Assembly (NCBI GenBank): GCA_951406725.2
Contig: OX597817.1
Location: 65,720,001-65,784,000 of the forward strand
DNA length: 64,000 nt
DNA from: Octopus vulgaris
Taxonomy: Eukaryota
Reading direction: 5' to 3'
The notes beneath the pieces are model-generated. The model searched no databases. It worked only from the letters and a program-made list of their open reading frames with translations, and was not told where the DNA came from. Shown in pieces: positions 26,340 through 38,442 of this stretch (within the stretch, counting starts at the first letter, position 1; every line of letters begins with the position of its first letter). The position numbers and the translations under genes were made by a program.

Positions 26340-27653
26340 CTACATTATACGTGTTTTAGCTAAATTCAACAGCAAATGCACAAAAGAAATTCATGACATG
26401 TAGTAAAATAATAGAATTCGAGGAAAGTAATGATGTTCTGTGTCGGCAAAAGTAACGAAAAGCCTGATTGATCCAGCCTTCTTGTTTCTTGAGAGGGAAG
26501 TATTGACGGCCCTATCTAAAACAGTTTTTGTTGAGCTTTTTTATTTTAAAAAATTGTCTAACGTCAAAGAGATACTTTTCTTTTAACAGTCTGTGTTTAG
26601 GGGTGGAGTTTGTTCGGACAAGCAATCGGTCTTTGAAGATTTGAGGAAGGAATCCGCCAAAGCCTTCCCCATGTGTGGATACGCTTTTGCTATTTATAAC
26701 TGTCTCTTAGTGCCTCACTTCTGAACAACAACGTCACTGATGCAGAAATAGGGTCATCTTGTGTATTTTGCTGTTGCTGTCATAGGTGATCTTATATTCA
26801 ATATTTTTCTTTCATTTGTGATTATGGTTGTAGTGATTGTGCTTGTGATTTTCATTTAAATTGTTGTTTTTGTTGACATTTTGGTGGTGGTGTAGGGGTG
26901 TTGTGGAGCCGAGAGATTAAGAACCAGACTTTAAAAAAAAACATAATTACTGAGATTGATTTCTTCGACTAAATCCTTCAAGGTGATGCCTCAGCAAGGT
27001 GATGCCTCAGCATGATCACAGTCTTATACAGACTGATACAAGTAAAAGATAGATGAAACGAGAAACGCTTTTCATTTCGTCTTTCTCTCTCTCTCTCTTT
27101 TTCTCTTCTTCCACCTTTTCATTTACGTTCTTTCCTCCTCTTTGTTTGTTCAGTAATTCGCCCTTAAACGTTTTTCATTAAGTTGTTGTTTGCCATTCTG
27201 TAAATTTTTAACTTAACAATCGACCCAGTACAAATTTAAAATTAAAAACATGCTGATTCCTCCGGGGGGTAATCTTGCAATTAGAATAGACACACAAAAA
27301 CTCATCTGATCTTTTCCATATCCAGTTATAAAAAAAAAAGGTTAAATATTTGAATTCTTTCAAGCCAACAGAATCGATTTTTTGTGAAAATTTTCCGAAC
27401 AGAAGCAGTGTTAATTTCCATGTATTGCTGCAGTTACCATAATATTTTCTACTATAGGTACAAGGCCTGAAATTTTGTGGGGAGGGAGATAGTTGATAGC
27501 GTCAACCCCAATGCTCAACTCGTAATTATTTTATAGATCCCGAAAAGATGAAAGGTAAAATCGACCTCAGCGAAATTTGAATTCAAAACGTAAAGACGGA
27601 CGGAATGTCGCTAAGGATTTTGCCCGGCGTGCTAAAGATTCTGCCAGCTCGTC

Positions 27654-27721
<68 letters not shown>

Positions 27722-28039
27722 GAAAACTTGTGAATACCTAAGGTTACAGGTAGTAACCCGCTATCCACATAATTCCTACCAAGAATAAGACCGAACCTGA
27801 GCCAAACGAAAATGATAATAACAGTCCTTTCTGCTATAGGCACAAACCCTCAAATCTTGTGGGAAGGGACTAGTCGATTACATTAACTCCAGTGTTTCAC
27901 TGGTACTTAATTTATCGACCCCGAAAGGATGAAAGGTAAAGTCGACCTCGGCGGAATTTGAACTCAGAACGTAAAGACGGATGAAATACAGCTAAGCATT
28001 TACCTGGTATGCTAACGATTCTGCTTTCTCGCCGCATTA

Positions 28040-28103
<64 letters not shown>

Positions 28104-29231
28104 GCATAAAAGGGATGTAATGTGGATAGGAACTATCAACACAGAGGAAAGAAACATAGGAATATTGTCATAAGCACGGTTGACATAAAAGAACAGGTGG
28201 GTAAAGTGCCTAACTGGAAAGCCCCCGGACTAAATGGGATTAATGGCTTTTGGCTGAAGAGATGCCCCGCGGTGCATGAAAGATTAACAGTCCATTGAAT
28301 GAGTGTGTCCAGAAAGGTACAGTCCCCGCGTGGATGGTGACTAGGAGGATGACACTTATAATGAAAGATAGAAAAAAGGGGAATATTGTAAGAAACTACC
28401 TTGTGGGAAACTTGACTAAACATAATCTGTAAGATATATACTTTCCTGGCACATGAAGAAATACTACCAAGGGAACAAAAAGGATGTAAGAAGAGTTCTC
28501 AAGGTACCAAGGATTACCTGGTCATCGATAAAACAGTTTTGAGGCATTGTAAAAAAACATCATACAAACATGTCTATGGCTTGGATTGACTTTAAGAAAG
28601 CATATGATATGATGCCTCATTCTTGGATCGATGAATGCCTACAGATATTTGGTGTTGCTGACAATATCATAAATTTTCTGATGCATTGCATGGAAGAGTG
28701 GAAAACCAAATTGTACTCAAGTAATGGAGAAGTTAATATTAAAATGGGCATCTTCCAACGTGACTCGTTTTCTACGTTACTATTTGTAATTGCACTAATA
28801 CGCATAACAATGACACTTAGGAAAGTTAAGATAGGTTATCGATGTGGGATGAAAGGCCCATCATTGAACCATCTTCTGTTTATGGATGACCTGAAATTGC
28901 TTAGAAAATCTGAAAAACAGATAGTTCCCTCAACCAAAACAGTCCAGAAGTGTGGTAGGGATATTGACATAGAATTTGGGATTATCAAATGCTCAGTACT
29001 TAATATGAAAAGAGAGAAGAAAGCAGCCTGCAGAGGATTGCGATTAACATCAGGAGAGACCATGGGTGAACCCGACGGTACTGGGTATAAATATTTAGGG
29101 ATTTTGGAGCTGGATGACATTCTACAGAGAGAAATGAATGTCAAGGTCAGCGTATTAAAAAAGGGTGAAGATGGTGTTGAAATCCAACACGAATGCCAAA
29201 ACTTTGATTACCGCAATGAATATCTGGACAG
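28104..29231 (+). mobile_element. R4/Dong-type LINE RT fragment, 5'-truncated at (TAA)n and cut off at the 3' end by an AT array
   Basis: [62 protein letters not shown] and YKYLGILE. Confidence 0.88.
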
Positions 29232-30488
29232 TTTTGATGAAAAGTTTCATCAAAATTTCTGAAATTTTTCTGAAAATTTTCATCAAAATTTTGGAGAGTT
29301 TTTTGAAAATTTTCATCAAAATTTTTGAAAACTTTTTTGAAAATTTACATCAAAATTTTTGAAAAGTTTTTTGAAAAGTTTTTCGAAAATTTTTATCAAA
29401 ATCTTTCAAAAGTTTTTTCAAAATTTTTTTGGATGAAAATTTTCAAAAAACTTTTCAAAAATTTTGATGAAAATTTTCAAAAAACTCTCAAAAAACTCTC
29501 AAAAATTTTGATGAAAATTTTCAGAAAAATTTTCAGAAATCTTGATGAAACTTTTCAAATAACCTTTTCAAAAGTTTTGATAAAAATTTTCAAAAAACTT
29601 TTCAAAAATATTCAACAAAATTTCTGAAAATTTGGATGAAAATTTTCAAAAACCTTTCAAATATCTTGGTAAAAATTTTCCAAAATTTTGCTGAAAAGTT
29701 TCAAAAATTTGGATGAAAATTTTCAAAAAACTTTCCAAAATTTTGATGAAACTTTTCAAGAAACTTTTCAAAAATTTTCAAAAGTTTTGATAAAAATTTT
29801 CAAAAAACTTTCCAAATGAAACTTTTCAAAAACTTTCCAAATGAAACTTTTCAAAAAACTTTCAAATATCTTGGTAAAAATTTTCCAAAATTTTGCTGAA
29901 AAGTTTCAAAAATTTGGATGACAATTTTCAAAAAACTTTCCAAAATTTTGATGAAACTTTTCAAAAATTTTCAAAAGTTTTGATAAAAGTTTTCAAAAAA
30001 CTTTCCAAATGAAACTTTTCAAAAAACTTTCCAAATGAAACTTTTCAAAAAACTTTTCAAAAATATTCAACAAAATTTCTGAAAATTTGGATAAAAATTT
30101 TCAAAAACCTTTCAAATATCTTGGTAAAAATTTTCAAAAATTTTGCTGAAAAGTTTCAAAAGTTTGGATGAAAATTTTCAAAAAACTTTCCAAAATTTTG
30201 ATGAAACTTTTCAAGAAACTTTTCAAAAATTTTCAAAAGTTTTGATAAAAGTTTTCAAAAGACTTTCCAAATGAAACTTTTCAAGAAACTTTTCAAAAAT
30301 TTTCATCAAAAGTTTTTTGAAAAGTTTTTTTGAAAGTTTTTTGAAAAGTTTCATCAAAATTTTTGAAAAGTTTTTGAAAATTTTCGTCAAAATTTTGGAA
30401 AAGTTTTTTGAAAAGTTTCATCAAAATTTTTGAAAAGTTTTTTGAAAATTTTCACCAAAATTTTTGGAAGTTTTTTCAAAATTTTTTT
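29232..30488. repeat. Periodic AnTn satellite-like array 1
   Basis: Monomer of about 33 bp (gatgaaaattttcaaaaaactttccaaaatttt) built from three AAAATTTT-like subunits. The higher-order marker aaatatcttggtaaaaa recurs at 29659, 29864 and 30114. Confidence 0.85.
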
Positions 30489-30536
30489 ACAGCAACATCA
30501 ACCAATCTACCCAGGTGAAACCAGGAAAAACTGCTA

Positions 30537-30538
<2 letters not shown>

Positions 30539-30592
<54 letters not shown>

Positions 30593-30613
30593 GTATATGT
30601 ATATATATGTGTG

Positions 30614-30693
<80 letters not shown>

Positions 30694-30708
30694 TATGTGC
30701 ATATATAT
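30539..30708. repeat. (TA)n compound microsatellite
   Basis: Seen directly. One of dozens of (TA)n, (CA)n, (AAT)n, (TACA)n and (AAG)n tracts, e.g. 27656-27720, 41459-41526, 47330-47398 and 49005-49092. Confidence 0.95.
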
Positions 30709-31315
30709 CATTCAACCACGGTAGTGGTTGAGTATATTCCTAAGTCTACCATTTCGTCAACCGCTTCCAAGCTTCACCACTAGTTCTCAATTAAATTGCA
30801 AACTGTTAACACTTAGCTACACTTTGGCATAAATAGTTTGAGATTTAGTTCAGTAGAAAATGTTACATCTAAATATCTGCGACCTCAAGCGGGGTAGTGA
30901 TTCACCTATTCTCCTTCAATTAACTTAAACTTTTAAATTTTAAATTAAAAGTACATCCTTCTTAGGCTTAAATGATAGAAAAATGCATGAATAATTCAGA
31001 CTCATTATTCGCATTGAACAAAATTTAGTAGAAAAAGACTCATGAGGTAAAATGTTACGAAATATTCTGTCAGTAAGGGAGTAACACCTCAGCTATAAGA
31101 ATAAGGAAAGTATTTCTAAAAACAATGTTCGCTTTGCGAGGCAATGACCTGGCAGAAACGTTAGCACGCCGGTTAAAATACTGGACTTTATTTCGTCTGT
31201 CTATGCGTTTTTGAGTTCAAACTTCGTCAAGGTCGACTTTGACGTACAGATTATTTTAGAAGCGGTATTTCGTCTGTCTTTACGTTCTGAGTTCAAATTC
31301 CGTCGAGGTTGACTT

Positions 31316-33255
31316 GATAAAAATTCTTGAGAAAAATTTTCAAAAAATTCTTCAAAAATTTTTCAAAAATATTTGGGGAAAATTTACAAAAAATTTTTCA
31401 AAAATTGAAAATTTTCCCCAAAATTTTTGAAAATTTTCAAAAATTTTTGAAAAATCTTTTGGGAAAATTTTCAAATAATTTTGAAAAAGTTTTGGAGAAA
31501 ATTTGCAAAAGAATTTTCAAAAATTTTTGAGGAAAATTTTCAGAAATTTTTGATGAGAATTCTTTGAAAAATTTTTGGTGAAAGCTTTCAAAAAATTTTT
31601 CAAAAACTGTAGGAGAAAATTTTCAAAAAAATTTTTCAAAAATTTTGGAAAAAATTTTAGAAAAATATTTGAAAAACTTTTGGTAAAAATTTGTGGGGAA
31701 GATTTTCAAAAATTTTTGGTGAAAATTTTCAAAATATTTTGTTAAAATTTTTGACGAAAATTTCTTGAAAAATTTTCAAAAAAATTAAAAAAAATTTTGG
31801 GAAATATTTTCGAAAAATAATTTTAAAAGTTTTGGCGGAAATTTTCGAAAAATTTTTCTAAAATCTTTGGAGAAAATTTTCAAAAAATTTTTATAAAATT
31901 TTGGGGAAAATTTTCAAAAATTTTTTAGGAAAATTTTCAGAAATTTTTGACGTAAATTTCTTGAAAAATCTTTGGGGAAAATTTTCAAAAAATTTTTGGA
32001 GAAAATTTTCAAAAAAATTTTTCAAAAATTTAGGGAAATATTTTCGATAAATAATTGAAAAATTTTTGGTGGAAATTTTCGAAAAATGTTTCTAAAATCT
32101 TTGGAGAAAATTTTCAAAAAACTTTTGAAAAATCTTTGGGGAAAATTTTCAAAAAATTTTCAAAAATTTTTTGAGAAAATTTTCAAAAACTTTTTCTAAA
32201 ATTTTGGGGAAAATTTTCAAAAAACTTTTGAAAAATTTTTCAAAAATTTTTGGTAAAAATTTTCAAAAAATTTTAAGAAAATTTGTGGGGAAAATTTTCA
32301 AGAATTTTTGGTGAAAATTTTCAAAATATTTTGTTAAAATTTTTGACGAAAATTTCTTGAAAAGTTTTCAAAAAAATTTTTCAAAAATTTTGGGAAATAT
32401 TTTCGATAAATTTCTTTTTAAAATTTTTGGCGGAAAACTTTTTGGAAAAATATGGAAAGGATTTTTGAAAATTTTCATCAGAATTTTGGAAAGTTTTTAT
32501 GAAAAGTTTCATCAAATTTTGAAAATTTTTTTGAAAATCTTCGCCAAAATTTTTGTAAAGTTTTAGAAAAATTAAAAAAAATTTTTTTTTTTAATTTTCC
32601 CCAAAATTTTTTGAAAATTTTTTTAAAACATTTCCCCAAAAGTTTTTGAAAAATTTTTTGAAAATTTTCCCCAAACATTTTTCAAAAATTTTTTGAATAT
32701 TTTCTCCAAAAATTTTTGAAAAATTTTTCGAAAATTTCCCCAAAAAATTTTCCCCAAAAATTTTTGAAAAATTATTGGAAAGTTTTTTGAAAATTTTCAT
32801 CAAAATTTTTGAAAACTTTTTGGAAAAATTTGGAAAGGTTTTTTGAAAATTTTCATCAGAGTTTTGGAGTTTTTTTGAAAAGTATCATTAAAAGTTTTGA
32901 AAATTTTTTTTGAAAATCTTCGCCAAAATTTTTGTAAAGTTTTAGAAAAATTAAAAAAAATTTTTTTCTTTTATTTTCCCCAAAAATTTTCATCAAAATT
33001 TTGGAAATTTTCAAAAAACTTCCAAATTTTCAAAAAATATTTTAAAAATTTTGATGAAAATTTTTTAAAAACTTTTCAAAAATTTGTGGGGAAAATTTTG
33101 GTGAAAATTTTCATTAAAGTTTTCAAAAATTTTGATGAAAATTTTCAAAAAACTTTCCAATATTTTGATGAAAATTTTCAAAAAACTTTTCAAAAATTCT
33201 GATGAAAATTTTCAAAAACTTTCCAATATTTTGATGAAAATTTTCAAAAAACTTC
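31316..33255. repeat. Periodic AnTn satellite-like array 2
   Basis: Units of the ggggaaaattttcaaaaa type with internal inversions and duplicated blocks (aatcttcgccaaaatttttgtaaag near 32536 and 32916). Confidence 0.85.
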
Positions 33256-33284
33256 CACACAGTTAACTCGACAGGAAGGGAGTA

Positions 33285-34012
33285 CGTGGTGGTATCAAAA
33301 AGTTCCCGGTCTAGTTCTCAAGCGTGCCAACAGATGACAGCACACGGTTGCGTGCGCAGTGAGAGCTAGCAGTGACCTCCATGAGGTAGTGGGCTGAGCG
33401 ACATTGCTGTGTTTACTTCGCAAAATTGTGAAATTTATGTTTTTGTGATCACGTATATGCTGTAGTCTACAATTTTGTCATAACTAGTTGGACAAAGAGC
33501 CAACGTGAAATTCTGCGTTGAACTTGGGAAGTCTACTACAGCGACATTGAACATGCTTCGGCAAGATTACAGTGACGAGGCAATGGGTCGTATGCAATGT
33601 TTCAAGAGGCACAGACGCTTCAAAGACGATGAGCAATCTGGAATACCTGCCATGAGCGTCATACGCAGAAATGTGAAGAAATTCTCCCCCAAAACATCAT
33701 GGTATTGCTTCCGCACCCGTCCATTTCGCAAGATTTAGCACCTGTGGACTTCCATCTCTTCCCCAAGATGAAAATGCAGATCAAAGGTAGCTATTTACAC
33801 ACCGTTGTTGAAATCTAGAGCGAATCACAGAAGGTCCTCGACTCGCTTACGGAAAACGAACTCCATGCCGGATCCTAAAAGTGGCAAGAACGCTGGGACC
33901 GGTGTATTGCTGCGCAAGGTGACTATTTCGAAGGAGATGATATCAAAACTTTGGTAAATAAGTTACTTTTTATTAAACATAACTAGTTAAGGAACTTTTC
34001 GATACCACCTCG
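33285..34012 (+). mobile_element. Mariner transposon, internal-deletion derivative
   Basis: TIRs cgtggtggtatcaaaaagttcc and ggaacttttcgataccacctcg with a TA TSD. It retains an HTH remnant QRANVKFCVELGKS and a YSPDLAP-like remnant SQDLAPVDFHLFPKMK. Confidence 0.9.
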
Positions 34013-34062
34013 TATACATGCATACATACATACATACACACATACATACATGTACATTTATA

Positions 34063-34117
<55 letters not shown>

Positions 34118-35767
34118 ACGCGTATATAGACACGCACATATAAACATTTAAATATATAGAAACATACAAAGATACATGTCGGCATATAAACAAAGAAATG
34201 CTCATATTCGCCAAAACAGAGGAGAGGCCGCTGAATTGCTTAGAGGTACAGTGAACATTTGTAAAGCATTTCAGGGATTCTTCATTGCAGGTTCCTCACT
34301 GAGCATATGTACACAATGAGATATACATGTAGAATACACATACGCACGTACACATAAACGTAATGCAGGGCACGCGCTCACACACACATACACAATTATG
34401 TTCTATCCCCAAAAGTAAACCTACTATTCGAGTGCAAGTTTATCAGCAAGCACATACATATATGCCTACATCAACCAATTCAAAGAACCATAAACCCTAA
34501 GAGCTTTGATTTAAATTAAAGAGCATTGCCACTTTATTAGGGATCTGCGTGAAATCTACAAAACAAAAATAATCTGGTAGTTGAAATGTGTTAGCGACCA
34601 GTTTTCAACGAGAGCAATGTCGACACCAGATAATAAATGTTTAAGTGAAGTCAACAGATTTGTGAGCTTTGATTTAAATAAAAGAGCATTGCCACTTTAT
34701 TAGGGATCAGCGTTCACAGTTCCAGCGTCAAAATGTTTTGCTGTTATGCGCATGCTCACATGTCCGAGATAGGAAGCTGCACGCTATGGAGAGAGATCAT
34801 CGTGGTTCACGCAGTACCGACCCTGATGTTCTGATGGAAGGTAGTGTTTCTTTTTGACTCCGCGTGTGTTGTGCTTAAAAACGTGTTTATATTCTTGAAT
34901 GTGATAAAGGGTAAAATTAGATTATTATCCTGCTTCCAGCTACAGTGTTGCTGCCAGGATTTGAAAAATAGGGCAGACCTTCCCCCTATTTTGTGATTTA
35001 GGGGGATTTTTGAAAAACAAGGGAGAATTCGCGGCTGTGTTCAATGAACAAATTAAGCACACTACCCAGCAGTGGCTAAAATGCAAACCGATCAAGTTTA
35101 TGTATAAATATTCTTTTTATATGTTTGTTTCTTTTTACACAATATTAAAATAACGGTTAAAAATTTTCTGAAGCAGCACCACCATAAATTTTATCTACGA
35201 GCCGCCACTGCTCAGTTGTCTCTTGGAAGATTCTTCTTTTAAGAAAGTAAGAAATAATTTTGAAAGTAGATGAAACAAATTTTTAAAAAGTGTAAAATGT
35301 AAAGTAAAATGCTCTTACTGTTGGATATACTGTATTGAATTCTTTAATAATAAATATTAAAGACATTTTATATTTGAAAATCCTTTCTAATTAAAGAAAG
35401 AATATACATACACACAAAGACACACACACTGATACAGACACGTGCATACACAAACAGACACGCAAAGACAGACAGACAGAAAAATACACACACACACATA
35501 CACACAATCACAGATACAGACACAGACAAACACACATAAACGAAAAGGTGACGAAGCTGTAGTTGTCCTTCAGCTATAATGTACAAATTAATTACATCTT
35601 CTTGGCTGTTATAACAGGTATTTTAATTTCGTTTTTGAGATAAAGACATAGCTTTGTTTCCATGGAAATATATTCCATTTTTAGTTTTACAATCATATCT
35701 GTTATTAAAGAACACTACACAGAACTCGCGTAGTTGTGTCACACTTTAAACGCCACCCTAACCTCCA

Positions 35768-35814
<47 letters not shown>

Positions 35815-36069
35815 CAAGTGATTTACTACTGATAAAGCAAACTCTTTTGTTTTTTCCAGAAAAATTTTCTTTTGGTTTTTATAAATGAATTACAACTTTT
35901 ATATATTTCAAGCATTTTACAAATGCTTAGTGATGCTTGCTAAGTATTGTGTCAAACAGTGTATTAATTTATTATTACCGAATTCGTTGTTTGTTTTGTT
36001 TTACGATTTACTCAAGGGGTGGGAGACAGCACATTTAGCTCTTCATTTTCTGAGTCTCCGAGACTGATA

Positions 36070-36495
36070 GGAGGATGGGGTGGAGGAGGAGGAGAGGGAA
36101 AGGGGAACAGGAAAAGGGAAGGATGAGGGGGAGGTATGAGGAATGTGAGAAGAGAGGAGGGGAGGAGGAGTGAGGGGAAAGAGGAAAAATGAGGCGGAAG
36201 AGGAAGAGGTGAGATGAGATGGAAGAAGAGGAAGGGGAGAAGCAAGATGGAAAAATAGGTGGAGGAGGGGGAGGAGGAGGAGGAGATGTGAGGTGGACAG
36301 AGTGGAGGAGCGAGGGTGAAGAAGAAAGGTGAGGCGGAAGAGGAAAAGGTGGGGTGAGATGGAAGAGGGCGAAGAGTGAAGCGAAAGGGGAGAGGTAAGG
36401 TGGAAGAAGAGGAAGAGTGGGAGGAGGAGGGAGTTGTGAGACAGAAGAGGAAGAAGAGAAGAGGTGAGGCGGAAGAAGAAGAAGAAGAAGAAGAA
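36070..36495 (+). repeat. Polypurine low-complexity tract ending in (GAA)n
   Basis: About 425 nt almost entirely G/A, with gaggcggaaga present three times. Confidence 0.85.
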
Positions 36496-37599
36496 ATTAT
36501 CCTCAAACTTAACCTGAATACTTGCAACTCCGCTAAAAATATCAAAAGTGGCTGTTAAACCGGAGCGACGGATTATGTCTACCACCTATGAACTCAGAGT
36601 ACAAAGCGTTAGAATAAATTTTGCTAGACATCTCTTTCGATGATCTAACAATTCTGCCAGTTCACCGGCTTGGACTGGTTCTTGTTTAATCGAACCTGAA
36701 AGGATGAAAGACAAAGTTGACCTCGGCGGGATTTTAAACTCAGAGCGCGGTCTTTGTTCCAGTTGAAATACATCAAGAAGAATCAGGAACCGGAGCAAAT
36801 ACCGCAAGGCATTTTGCCATCCGCTCTAATGACTCCGCTAATATGCCACTTAAATAAATAAAGAAGCAATGACACTAACCTAATGCTCTATGCTAACAGA
36901 TCTCGACTTCCTCGTCAATGGTTCAGTGTGACTATTATAATGATTTTAGCGCGCCATCATTATTTTTAATTTTCGGAAATTTCTTTTTTTCTTTTTTGCT
37001 GCAGTTTATTATCAATTTGCTTGCATCACTTCAAACAAAAATATTACATTTTAAATGTGATTGCACAAGCGTTATACACAGGGTTATTAATGCGTTTGCA
37101 GAAAATAATTTTTTGCAATCATTTTAAAACCGGCATAGCTGTGTTGCTAAGAAGCTCGTTTCGCAACTAAATAGTTTCATGGTTCGATCTCACTGCGCAA
37201 AAACGTTTTTATTTATTTATCTATCTGTTGTTGTTGTTTTTGTTGTTGTTGTTGTTGTTGTTGTTGTTGCTGCTGCTGCTGTTGTTGTTGCTGTTGTTGT
37301 TGCTGTTGTTGTTGTTGTTGTTAAGGTGGCGAGGTGGCAGAAACGTTAGCGCGCCGGACGAAGGACTTAGCCGTATTTCGCCTGTCGCTACGTTCTGGGT
37401 TCAAATTCCGTTGAGGTCGACTGTGTTTTTTATCCTTTCGGGGTCGATAAATTGAGTACCAGTTGTGTACTGGGCCAATCAAATTAACTGGCTCCTCTCC
37501 CAAAATGTCAGGTCTCATGCCTATATTAGAAAGGATTATTATTATTATCATCATCATCATCTCCATCTATCATCATCATCATCATCATCATTATCATCA

Positions 37600-37663
<64 letters not shown>

Positions 37664-37874
37664 GGCGGCGAGCTGACAGAGGCGTTAGCATGCCGGGCGA
37701 AATGCTTAGCAGTATTTCGTCTGCCGCTACGTTCTGAGTTCAAATTCCGCCGAGGTCGACTTTGCCTTTCATCCTTTCGTGGTTCTGGGTTCGATCTCAC
37801 AGCGTATCTTTTTTCGACGGTACCATGTGCCTTTTGTGTGGATTTTTATAAACAGAAACCGTGCTGAAAAACTA

Positions 37875-37916
<42 letters not shown>

Positions 37917-37989
37917 ACACACATACACACACTCACTCACTCACTCACTCACACACACACACAGCGTACACACAGCGTATATATATATA

Positions 37990-38372
37990 AGGCGAGCTAG
38001 CAGAACCGTTAGCACGCTGGGAGAAATGCTTAGCAGTATTTCGTCTGTCACTACGTTCTGAGTTCAAATTCCGCCGAGGTCGACTTTGCCTTTCATCCTT
38101 TCGGGGTCGATTAAATAAGTACCAGTTACACACTGGAGTCGATATAATCGACTTAATTCGTTTGTCTGTCCTTCTTTGTCCTCTCTGTGTTTAGCCCCTT
38201 GTGAGTAGTAAAGAAATAGGTATTTATGTTCCGAGTTCAAATTCCGCCGGGATCGAATTTGCCTTTCATACTTTCGGGGTCGATAAATTAAGTACAAGTT
38301 ACATACTGGGGTCGATCAAATCGACTGGCTCCTCCCCAAAAATGTCAGGCCTCGTGCCTATATTAAAAAGGA
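37990..38372 (+). mobile_element. SINE family A, tandem copies with a Tx1-like tail
   Basis: A full unit to about 38220 ending tgtttagccccttgtgagtagtaaagaaat, followed by a second partial unit. Confidence 0.8.
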
Positions 38373-38377
38373 TTATT

Positions 38378-38408
<31 letters not shown>

Positions 38409-38442
38409 CCATCTATTATCATTATTATTATTATTATTATTA

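Noticed and set aside
29165-33202. F/K/I/N-rich ORFs in the AT arrays
   Set aside because: By-products of stop-poor AnTn repeats that are open on both strands.
29232-33255. CRISPR-like array
   Set aside because: No constant repeat with unique spacers, no cas genes, and a eukaryotic context.
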